Assembly (NCBI GenBank): GCA_001643675.2
Contig: LSRY02000027.1
Coordinates: 124,001-188,000, forward strand
Length of the DNA stretch: 64,000 bases
Direction of reading: 5' to 3'
Source of the DNA: Monocercomonoides exilis PA203
Lineage: Eukaryota > Protista > Preaxostyla
Made by a program: the position numbers and the translations under genes. Positions 23,001 to 34,594 of the stretch are shown one piece after another. Below the pieces are notes generated by a model. The model saw nothing but the letters and a program-made list of their open reading frames with translations, had not been told where the DNA came from and ran no database searches. Each line of letters begins with the position of its first letter. Position 1 is the first letter of the stretch.

Positions 23001-25710
23001 TTGAGTGTGCAGACATCACAAATATCAGACACATCAGACATACTCACGCTTTCAATGTCTTCATCAGTGAATTCGTTGTTGCTGCTTGATTCATCAAATT
23101 CATCATCATCATCATCTTCTTCTTCTTCTTCTTCTTCTTCACTACCATCAAAACGATCTCCATCAGATTCCTCATGTTCTTCACTCGTAAAATGGGAGTT
23201 ATTTGCAACAAAGGAATGGCAACTTCTATCATCATTGTTTTCTTTTCCTTCTTCTCCCCGAACACTCCGTTCTTCAATAGATGCTCCTATTGCAGAATTG
23301 ACGCATTCCCCAAGATTTGTTGTATTCATAGAGATATCTTGTTTGCCATTCAACACATTTGACTTTTTGTCATTAATTTCTTTTCTCTTTACCTTTCTCT
23401 TCCCCCTTTTTGTTTCGCTCCTTCCTTTCTGATTCAACTTTTTGTTTCCTTCGCCAACAGCTGTTTTTGTGTTCTTTGTGCAGAGCGATATTGCTTCAAT
23501 GACTTTCTCATCTGCGCAGTTTCTCTTCGCAGCAATTGAAATTCCTGTCTTTGGCTGAGCAGAGCGGCAGAGTGCTGCTCCATTTGAGTGCAGATACGAC
23601 AGAACACACACACGCTCCCTCGCTCGGAAAGTGGACGACTGAAGAAGCAGCACGTCAGAGACAGCAGCCGGAACAGCCAGCAGACGCGGATACGAACTGC
23701 ACAGCTTGTACAGGATGTTCGCCATTGTCAGGCGCCAGCTGCGGTGGAGTGGCACAGAAACACGCCGAGTGGATATACGACGGATGGATGATGAAGAAGA
23801 TGAGAGAGACTTGTTTGAAGACAGGGAATTGAGACTGGCACAGCTGGCGTTTGAAGCATTTGCACTGTTGTCGCTCAAAGAGAGCTGACTTCTGTTTGCT
23901 TTGTCTTTTTCTGTGTTGTTATCATCAGCTGCTGCATCATCTCCTTCATTGTCACTTTCAGGCGGAAGATATATTCGATTAGGTGAAGCAGCAGAAACAT
24001 CAAAGAATTTGTTGAACAACGCCATTCCTGGTGAAGATGCAGTTGGTTTTCTGTTGCTCTTCTTTGTTGATGTTGAAGAAGCAATTAGAGGAGAAGCAAA
24101 CATAACAGGAGTAGAGATTGACACTGATGATGGTTTGGTCTCAGCAACTGAAGAAGTCTCATGCATCAACAGAGATGACGATGACGATGTTGTTGTTGTT
24201 GTTGTTGTTGTTGCTGCTGCTGCTGCTGCTGCTGTTACAGTTGCTGTCTGTTGAGCAGCAGATGATGAAGTGTTAGCTGGATGCATCGATGCTGGCAACG
24301 AGAACATCGATGGCTGCAGAGGTGACGGAGGAGTCAGTTGGGTGGATGAGCTCGATGGGCCATTGTAGGAGAAGAACTGGGGCAATGCAAACGAAGGCGG
24401 CGGAGAGAATGGAGATGTTGAATGTGGTGGAGAGACAGGATTTGCAGATGAAGAGAGCGAAATGCTGCCAAGTGGAGATGAGCAGAGCGGAGCAGAAGAA
24501 GACAATGGAACAGACGCTGCTGCAGAAGGCAACGAAGCAGCAGATGAAACAGAACTGCCACTTTTTGCAGAAGGAGATTCTTGGATATTGAAAGAGTTTA
24601 GTCGTTGTGATGCATCTTTTGCTGAATGCCTCTTGTGCTTCGTGTTCTTTCGAGCCTTCCTCTTTTCCCCTCCATCAGGCGCAGGCACACCCATTCTGAG
24701 ATACTCTGACAGCATATCGCAATGGCTCCATTGAACATACTTTTCTGGCGAGATGGCCGGAGGATGATCTTCAAACTTCGAGTGTTCATCTTCACCATTT
24801 TTTGCTGAGTTTTGAGCCGATGCATCAGAGGCATGCAATTGTGATTGAGGAGCAAGTGAACTTTCTTGTGAACTTGTCGTATCTTCTGTGACACATGTTG
24901 CACCAGTAAGACCAAGCAGGCCAGCAAGTTCCGGCTGCAGGTATTGCATTAATTCGTTTTCCTCCTCACTTTTCGATTGATTTGTTGGAGAAGTTTTTTC
25001 TGTAACTATATTCTCTCTTGTCGCAATGGCAATCTGCTCAGCAGTTGATGACGGTTGTGTCTTTAATCCAGGATGTTCCGCATCAGCTTCGTTGAATGAC
25101 ATAAATTCGTATGATTCATCGACCGTTGACTGAAATTCCGAGTGAAGAGCAGAATAATACGTATAAGCAAATAGAAGAGGTTGCTTATTCGGAGTTTTGG
25201 GGAAAACTGATAATCGAATAGCATTTGCTAATTCTCCTCGTATTCCTTTGCATGGGGAAGTTGCAAGGCTGAGGAAAAAGTTCGAAAAATTCGAAAACAA
25301 TTTAAAAAAATTGAAAATTTTGAAAAAAATAGCAAACTGTATTGTTCTTCCATCTTTTAAAAACAATTTTAGGTAATAATTTTTTCTATTAGACTGAGAT
25401 GTTAAGGATCCAATTTTCTCTAACGAAAGGATATGCATAAGAGAAACACTCAACTTTGGGATGTGTGGACGATAAACAACCTGATTCTCACGCCATATTG
25501 GTTCAATATGCTTGATAATATATGTAAATGGAAATAAAATTAAGAACAAGAACAACAAACCACTTTAACTGGATCAATATGAAATAATAATCGATAATTT
25601 GTCACTCTTAAAGTTCCAATAAGATGTGGGTCATTAAAAGAAATATCTGGAAACGTATGACCAGGCTTGACAAATTCCCCAGGAAGCAGTTTTGGAGTGT
25701 AAGTGCTCAT
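20084..25710 (-). CDS. Myotubularin-related phosphoinositide 3-phosphatase (catalytically intact)
   Basis: PH-GRAM start LLPGE...VTNYRL, WRL...N..Y.LC.SYP, RSAQP, DARP, IPNIHTMR, HCSDGWDRT active site, EKDW.AFGHRF, SPTFMQFLDCVYQ, FP.AFEFNE, FGTFL. Multi-exon. Confidence 0.95.
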
Positions 25711-26525
25711 TCACACAATGAAACTTTTCCCTTTGCCTTTTAATTGTAAAAACACTTCAATTTATTCCTTTTTATTTATAAAGGGTCAAGTTTAATTTTT
25801 TCTTAAACGGAAATAAAGATGAAAAGAGTTATTTATTTTTTATTTAATGAAAAGGAAAAACTCACTGATGCAAAGGATGTTGAATATGTTTTCAAGGCCA
25901 ATGATAATTTTGGAAAACACAATAAGTCAAAATCATGTGATTTGCGTTCGAATTAATTAATTGAAAATTCTTCATGCTTTATCAAAAGGTCATTCAATCC
26001 AATGACAACTTTTTATTCCTCATCCAGTTTACATGAATCGTTTTCTTTTATAAGAACTCAAAAGTATTGAATAAAGCAGGCCAAAACCATCGATTCAAAT
26101 GAGGCATCTATTCACAATTTGAAATGTCTCTCAACTTGAACTGAAAGAAAAAAGATAATCTCGATAATAATAAAATAAATAAGCATTAATTGGATAATTT
26201 TTAACTTTAAGTGAAGATATAAAAGAGAAATTTTCATATACTTCCACTCCCAACACAACTCAAAAATATTTAATAATTCAAAGAAAAGAAATTAATTTGA
26301 AAAATACAAATAAAAATTATTTCAATCGTTGCGAAACAAAATTCCAAAAATTTATTGAAAAAAATAAATAATTAAGTTCAATAAAAAATATCGATTAACA
26401 AGTTTTTCAATCGTTTTTATTGAATAATTATAATTCTTTACAAATTGTTCACACACATATACACTGACATATTACTATTTATTTAATAGAACGAATAACA
26501 AAAATCACAATGATATCTCAAGAAA

Positions 26526-29500
26526 TTAATTCAAGTCGATTACAGTAAAGCCATCTGAGTCGTCATCGTTGGACTCTGCCAATGATCTGACCGAAACAGA
26601 AATATTACATTGATTTTTATTGTCGCTCTTAATCTCCTTCTCCTTCTCCTTTTCTTTCTCCTTTTCTTTCTTTTCTTTAAAAGAACGTGTCATTTGATAA
26701 TCCTCATTCGCATTGTCCATATCCAAAGATGACGTAAGCACAAATTCTCCACTTGACCTCAAATTCTTCGTCTGACATTTGCTATCAGCCGAAGAAGCAG
26801 CATCCACATTTCGTTCATTCGCTCCCAGCACTTCTGGTTCGCTCTCAATCTCTCCATAGTCAATCGAGTCTTCTTCGTCTGACTCTGGCTCTTCCAGTTC
26901 CTTCCGCTCAGCCAGCAGCCTCTCTTCCTCCTGGTTCCTCAAAAGCGTCTCTTCGTCTCTTATCTTCAGCATGTGTATCACATTCTCCACCTGCCCGCCA
27001 TTTTCATACGGATCGCTTTCTGTCTTAATCAGCCCAAACTCCTTCGACGTCTGCTTCTCAAAGTGGATGAACCGCGTCAGCTGCCTCTTTCTCAGCTCTT
27101 CTTTGTTTGGCGTCCTTTTCGCAATGTTCCTCTCAGGCAGCGTCACAAACGATGAAGGAGGTGCCTCACAAATAGCATTCGCTGCTCTTTCTCTTCTTTG
27201 GCGTATGTGCTGATATGTCTGTTGGGACACAGCCTCAGGAAAGTCTACTTCCTCAGCATCGCTGTCAATCTCTATGTTTTCCTTCTCGTCTCCGTTTCCC
27301 ATCTTCTCCTTCAGCTCTTCAATGAGCTCTTCTTCTTCCATGTTGAATATCCGATCAATCTGATTTTGGAGTGTCTGCAGCTCCTGCTCATCACGCACAA
27401 CAAAACACAGGCAGAGCGAGGGATCGACAGAAGAGAGATACATTGCATGGACATCCTCTCTCTTTGAGGGATGGAAAGAAAGAGCAGACATAATTGGCGG
27501 ATAGACACGCTGGTAAGGCCTGGGGGCAATGGGCATGGCTGTTGGGGGAGGTGCTATTGGCTTTGGTGTTGTGGTTGAGGGGGGAGGAGGAGATGGAGGT
27601 GATGATGATGATGAAGATGCAGAAGTTGGTGTTGAAGAAGAAGAAGAAGAAGAAGAAGAAGAAGAAGAAGAAGAAGAAGAAGAAGAAGAAGAGGCAGCAG
27701 AATTAGAGGAAGATGAAGTTGTTGTTGAAGATACAGCATTGTGTGGAACTGATGATGAAAGTGGATCAGAAGCAGTCAGAATGGTGAGTGGAGAGTCCTC
27801 AACAGAAGAGAATGAGACAAAAGAGGAAGATGCTTTTACAGCAGAAGCTTTGTGAATTGAAGGAGAAGGAGCGGATGAATGTGAAGGTGAAGAAGAAGAA
27901 GAAGAAGGATGAAGTGATTGATTTGTATTGTTGTGAAATGTCTGTTTTTTATTTTGAAGCTTATAATTCTTTTCTTCTTCTATTCCTTTGCTTTCAAGTT
28001 CTTTGCCATCAAACAACAGATTGTCTTCATCTGAAGTGTTCTTCGAAGACGAGAACAAAGGTGAGGAAACAGGTGAAAAAGAAGAAAAAAGCGAAGGCGC
28101 ATCTGATGATGCTGATGTTGTCTTCTGTCGTGTCTTATTTTTATTGCCTTTTGGATATGTCATTTGTAATGGCGGTGAAGTGTCGATATATCTTTCCTCG
28201 GGAGAGTCATCAAACAACGCAGCTGATTCAGATTCTGTCTTTGTTTCAGTTGATGACTCAGATGCAATCGAAAGTGGAAGCACACTTTTGTCTGGTTCAT
28301 TTGGCTGAATCAGAACAGAACTGTTGTTTGTCTCATTGCTGATGGATTCTTCTTTCTGTGTTTCATTTTCGTTGGTCGTTGTATTGTTTTCAGTTGGTAC
28401 TTCTTTTTCACTGCTGATTTCTAGTTTATCATTTTCGCAATTTTCTTCACTAAGCACATCGATTCTCTCTCCCTCGTTGTCCATTTTTTCCCTTCCAGCC
28501 AGTGTTGGCTGAATGATATCGTCTGTAATGCCATCCATCGCATTCTCCATCGCATCGTCCCACCAACACTCCACATCCTCCGCCTTCCTCGTCGTGTGTG
28601 GGTCCAAATAGAACAGAATAATTTTCTCCTTCGGCTTCTTCTTCTTCTTCGGTGCATTCTGTGCAGATGTGTCTGCTGCATTCACCTGCCGTGGCGTTGC
28701 TGTTGCAGAAGCGAATGGCGCTGTCTGATAAGTGGATCCCTTTGCCTCATCAGAGGAAGTGTTTGAAGTGTCCTGAATCTTCACTTTCGTCGCTGCAAAA
28801 AAGAAGTGTGCTATTCTTGGGTGTCCGCCAGCAATGCCGCAGAAAGAAGGGAGATAAAAGAGAGAGTAAATGACTGGGTGCAGACACGACGGGATGCGGT
28901 TGATGCCCAAACGTGTGGGCAAAAGGATGATTAGAGGACGTGTTGTGTCATTGGCTGAATCTGATGATGGAAGATCCAGTTGAGATGTCTGCTGTGTGAA
29001 GGGATCGACTATTGAGACCTCATCTGACTCATCACAAGATTCATCAGACGAAATGAGAGAATCTTGTTTTGCTTGAAATGGATTTTCAATAAATGGATTT
29101 TTTGAGTTAGATGAAACGGTTGATAAGCCATCTTCTGCATTCTTGTTATGAGATGGTGAAACATCAAATGAAGGCATGAATGTTGAAACAGAGCTATCTG
29201 TGTTTGGGACAAAAGAAGAGGAAAATGAAGGAGAAGGTTCTGAAAGCGGTGATGGAAACTGACTTTCTTCGTTTTTGTTGTTTTCCATTTGTTTTTGAAG
29301 TTTCTTTTCTTTTTGCATTTGAAGTTCTTTTTCTTTTTTGACTTTCATTCGTTCCATCTCGTGGCATGGGCAACTTCCAACAGGGCATGTTGGGTAATGC
29401 GGAACATAAGTTGGCGCTGAAATAAATTTCCCTTTTCCATAAATGAATGGTTGAGGTGGTATTTGTTGTTTATGCATCATCTCAAGAGCATCCGGCTAAA

Positions 29501-30212
29501 TATCAAAAAAAATTAATTATTTTAAACAAAAGCAAACTTTGTCTACAGAAAATATATATAATAATTCAACATACCAAGAACACAGTATTGAGGCCGTTGT
29601 CGCAAACATAAACTCCGATTTGCAATGGAGGAGGAATATAACGCTTTACAATTTCTGCAAGAACATGAGAAATTGTTCCAGAAGAAAACCATTCACCTTG
29701 TGCCTTACCGTACTTTTCACCAAGCTCCATGAGGTGTTGTATGGAAAAAGGATGTAGATGTCTAGTATTAGGCCTCATTTCTTCAGAAAATAAAGAACTG
29801 AGCCAGACAGAACGAGGGCAGTTGGTAAAATATGCTTCGTCAACGTGAAAATCTCTTCCAAATAATATTCTTTGTAATGCTTCACCGAACATCATGGACC
29901 CAGAACGAATCATACCTAAAATTAAAAATAAAAAGTTTTTCGCAAAGTGTAAAAAAAAATTTCTAAATTCACAAAACAAAACAGCAAACATCCGAATCCA
30001 GTATCTGAAGTTAACCCTTTGCTTGTTGGAAAGAAACCTCGACGATATGTGACAAACATTCTATTCATTGCATCCTCATAAAACTTTCTTTCATTTCGAT
30101 ATACTTTCCCCATCATCGCGATTTCACTGTTCGCATCAAATTTTGGCTGAGTGATGGATTGCCACATTTTGCGAATGGGAGCCTTTATGTAATCCTGAAC
30201 GAATTCTGTCAT
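26526..30212 (-). CDS. ATG4: ATG4 cysteine protease (peptidase C54)
   Basis: TYRRGF, SDTGFG|CMIRSG (intron 29916-29989), PFSI, GEWF, PTRLG, GIAGG.P, YLDPH, DPSLCLCF. Three exons. Confidence 0.93.
27634..27690. repeat. Pure (GAA)19 microsatellite encoding poly-Ser in ATG4
   Basis: Uninterrupted GAA run on + strand (TCT codons on -). Confidence 0.9.
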
Positions 30213-30275
30213 ATTTGCATTATTATTCTGATCAATAAATCCATACCTTTTATTATATATCGATATTTTTAAGTT

Positions 30276-31253
30276 TTAAAACGTTGAAATGAACTATTTA
30301 ATAATTGGTGAAGTGAAAAATGCAATGTAATTCTAACTTGAAGTGAATTATTGCTTTTTTTCTGTTAAATGTTCCTCATTTTTTTGCAAGATATCAATTA
30401 CCTGATATGATCCATCACGTAGTGACTGAACAGATGCAACAAGGTCTTGCGCTGATTTTTTATCTAACTGTTTCAGTTGATGAATGGCATTCTCGTATTG
30501 AGGGAATAAATGGATCTAAAAGCAAAAAACGAATTTAATTCAAAAAACAAATAAATGAGGGGAAAAAATTAAACTTTTGATGTAATGACTGCACGGGCAG
30601 TATGATATTCTGTTAGAGTTGTTAAAAATCCTTCAATCGCATCTTCAATACCATTAATTGTTCCAAGAACTTCTTCTTGAACTTGAAACACAAATGTTTC
30701 ACTCTGAAATTCATCACAATGAAAATTCACAATTTCTGCATAATCATAAAGCAAACCTCGGTTACAGCTTCAACATTTAATTTTATCCACATTTTTATTT
30801 CACGGAATAATTTTAGAAGAGTATTGACATGAACTGTGATTTCTTTTGTTGCTTCAACAAAAGCCTATTAAGAACATAATGTGTTTAAATTTTAAATTTT
30901 AAACAAACGGAATTTGTTAATATGTCTGGTTGCTCGTCTTCTGGATTTAAAGGTGCAGCAGGAATTACGCAGCCAGAAGCTATTCTTTCATAATCTTTTG
31001 ATAAACGCTTTAAATTTCAATTAAATATCGGTTAAAGTTTTGTTATCAACGTCTGTCATCTTTAAAGCAAACTTCTGATAATTTATTCAACGCTTCCGCT
31101 TCGCTTAAAAGACTTATACGTGATTCATCAGCAGAAACTGAAAAAAATGATTATTTTGCATTCAATGATTTTCAGAAAAATATCAAAACTCAAAGCATTT
31201 TCTTTAAAGGTTTTACGAAATTTTGAATATGTTGATGATGTATCCGATGTCAT
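30276..31253 (-). CDS. Proteasome activator PA28/11S-family protein, about 7 short exons
   Basis: Spliced IKMWIKLN...F..QVQEEVL...EYHTARAVITSKI..FP.......QLDKK...LR......DILQKNEE aligns without gaps to the PA28 C-terminal domain. Predicted end ...SLQFISTF. Confidence 0.8.
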
Positions 31254-31418
31254 TGCAATTATCAAAAAATGAAATAAAAATAGAAATTCTTAATATATTA
31301 ATATGGTTACAGCATGATCATTTCAAGTTAAGCTTTTCATCTTTTATTTTTCATTAATGCAAACATTTTACAACCTTCAAAACGAAAAAAATAAAAGAAA
31401 AGAAAAAAAAATAGAAAA

Positions 31419-34374
31419 TTACGAAAAGATGCGAGATTGACGCATTTGAGCTTTAAGTATTTTTTCTCTAAATCTCTCTTCTCGTTTCAAGGCTTTTTTT
31501 TTCAAAACTTTTTTCCGTTTTGTTTTTTCAACATCCAAAAACCATAAAGCTTTTCTTCTGAACGGTGTTATCTCCAATTGAACTGTCTTCCATGTCTTGC
31601 GTTCTGAAAGATAATTTTGCTTTTTCTTATTTTTTGCAGAAGTTGCAAGTTGATTGCGATGCTGCGAAGTTACATAAACAAGTGAAAAATCCTTAACAAT
31701 CAAGTTTTTAAACGCAGAAATAGAATTCCAATAATTCCTGTTTAAATCATGTCCCCCTCTTTCAGTGTCTAGAATAAGTATGTTTGAATTGCCCTGATAC
31801 ATAAAGGTGTCTGAATGTGCTTCAATATCTGCTTCGTTCTTGCACTGTGACAAAGCAACACCCCATTTGACATACTCTTCTTCAGCAACAGCACCACACA
31901 TTTCGTTCACACAACTCATTTCTTGCTCATCACATACGAACTGTCCAATTATTTGTGAACAGTTCAAAGGTATTAAATTAGGAAAAGAGATATTTCGTTT
32001 CAAAACAGAAATACAAAGCATTGTGTCTTCATTGTCTCGTAATTTGAATGGCTCCATTTTTTGAGAACTCTTCTGAATGTCTTTTGTTCTATCAACAGAA
32101 GAACCTGAACTATCATCATCAAATGAATGGAACTTTGGGGTTTTGTTATGTTTGATGAGTTTCTTCATAGCCTCTCCATTGAAAACACTTGAGTCAGAAT
32201 TGTAAAGCAAACACGGAATCATCACTTCACTCAAAATTGATGTTTTTCTCTGAGAGGATGAACTCTTATCAATACACTGTGATTCAGCATCATAAAATGT
32301 CGATGGGTAATTGTGTCCTCCACTTGATGTAGAATGTGAAGGAAAGGCAGTTGACGATCTTGGATATGTTTGTGATAATACTGAGTTATACTGAATTCGT
32401 GTGTTGATTGAATATGGATGATTAGTAGTTGAATGCTGAGAAGAGACTGAAAGATCTTCTTTCTCATCAGGTGAAGAAGAATATGAAGGGGTTGGCAAAG
32501 TGGCAGAAGTTGAATAAGAATTAATTTTCATCCCATCAACCTCAAATTTATCAAAAGCAGAAGAAGAAGAAGAAATGTGCTCATCTGTTGCAACAATATC
32601 AGAAAATACTTTTCCATTCTGTTCATTCATTTTCATTTTGCTTCCAGTTTCCTTGTTGATTGTGCTGTTGGTGTGTTCTTCCATTTCGTGTTGTGCTCCT
32701 GCAAAAGATGGCTGTTTTGTGTGTTGTTCAGAAATTGCATAGTTCTTTTTGAGGAAGTTGATTCCTGCTTGATGGAACTTTTCCATGTCAGACAAACCTT
32801 CTCTGCCCTTTTCAAAAGCATTCCACTTTTCAACAGCAGAAATGCGGCAAATCAGTTCCTCTTTCTCCTTCATTGAAAGATGGAGTTCATCTGCATCTTT
32901 CAGCCTACTCTTCATCTCTTCATATGTCATATCCCTTTTGACACATTCTCCTTCTCTGCTTTTCCCTTTCTCTTTCTCTTCTTCTTTCATTCTTATCTTT
33001 TGCTCTGCTTCGTCCCACAACGCTTTTGCTTCTTCGTCTTCGACAAGCTCGTTTCTAACCCATTTTCCAAACATGTCGTAATATTCCTTCGCTTCCTTGA
33101 TCTCAATCTTTGCCTCTCTTCTCCTCCTTTTCTTTTCTTTCTCCATCCACTCCTTGAATTCCCTTTCTTCCAATGAGCTTCTTTCAGTTCCATGCTCATT
33201 GCTTCCTGCTTGTTTATCCTCAGCTTCTCTTCTTTTCTTCATCATTTGTGTCATTTTCAAGCAACGTTCAGCCCGTTTTGTTTCTCTGTTCTTCCATGTT
33301 CTGAGAAGAACATCTCTGCCATATTGTGCAATAGACGATTGCATTGTGCCACTCACTTCAACTTCTGCATCGTGACTCATAACACTTTTAGACCCGGTTG
33401 TTGGAATTGTAGCAGTTGTGGTTAATGGCTCGTCTGAAAGTGACAGTGATGATAACGAAGAAGAGGAAAATGGAGAAGGAGATCGAGCAGATGTTTGACG
33501 TTGAGTGGATGGTGAAACATGGAATGATTCGGGTGGGTCGATTTCAGATGAAATTGATGAGCAACTTAAAGATGATTTATTACTTACTGTAATTTCTGTT
33601 GATAGCCTTTCGATCAAATTTCCTTTTTCTTTCTTTTGAATGGGTATTTGATGATCATGTTTATGTTTTTCATGTTCTTCTGAAGCAAAGGGATGTTTCA
33701 ATTCACTGACAATATTTTGATGCCCAACGCGTCCTTTATTCTCACAAAAAGAATTGTCTTCAACTTTCAACATTTCTTCATTTGAAAAATGAACATATTT
33801 CCCAACATTGCAATCATTTGAGAGAACTTCCGTAGAGCATAGCTGAAGCAATGAATGAAATGGATATATTTTGTTTGAATGAGAAAAATCAGATCCCGTC
33901 TCATGGGAGTGTTCTATATCTCGAGCATACATGGATTTTCGTAGTTTTTTCATTGTATTTGCTTCGTTTGAAAAAGTGTTTGGATCCATTCGTAAAAGGC
34001 TTTGCCTTTGAGATGAGTTGCCAATAACAGAAAAAGGCAACGATGAAATACTTTCTAAAACGAGAGCATAAGAAAATTCATTCGCAGTGCTTTCGAAAAT
34101 AAAAATTGATTCAATTGTAAAACAAACGAATTTTTGAAAGATCCGAAGAATTTTGCGAGAATGTGGGAATCAATGTTTTAGCTATGTCATCGTGTGGGAC
34201 TCTTGTAAAGCTTGATTGAAAACTGAGAGATGGATAATCCTATGATCAATATCATCGTAAAAATCCCAGTCAAGAAAGAATAAAATATTTCGTAATTTTT
34301 CAATGCTGAATAATACATTACATTATACAAACAGCAGAACTGTGAAAATCCTCCACAAGCAACTTTTCATTCAT
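31419..34374 (-). CDS. Hypothetical protein (Ser-rich, charged coiled coil, basic C-terminus)
   Basis: 873-codon ORF plus two predicted small upstream exons (ATG 34374, GTTTG donors). No family recognised. Confidence 0.65.
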
Positions 34375-34594
34375 TTATAATTAAAACTTTTTCACATATA
34401 TTTCTAAAGAATATTTTTATGGTCACTTTAATAATATTTTCTAATACAGTTTAAGGATATATTTTACAATTATTTGTTGTGCTATTTATTCGTTTTAATC
34501 TGAAGCATAAAAGCAAAATTAAAATAAAAGGAAAAAAAATAATTAATCATCAACAAAATAAACAAAAATTATCCATTTTCAACATTTGATAAAA

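Noticed and set aside
13526-31253. Functional phosphoinositide/autophagy gene cluster (PITP, myotubularin, ATG4, PA28)
   Set aside because: Unrelated genes are interspersed and there is no synteny or co-expression evidence, so chance adjacency is sufficient.
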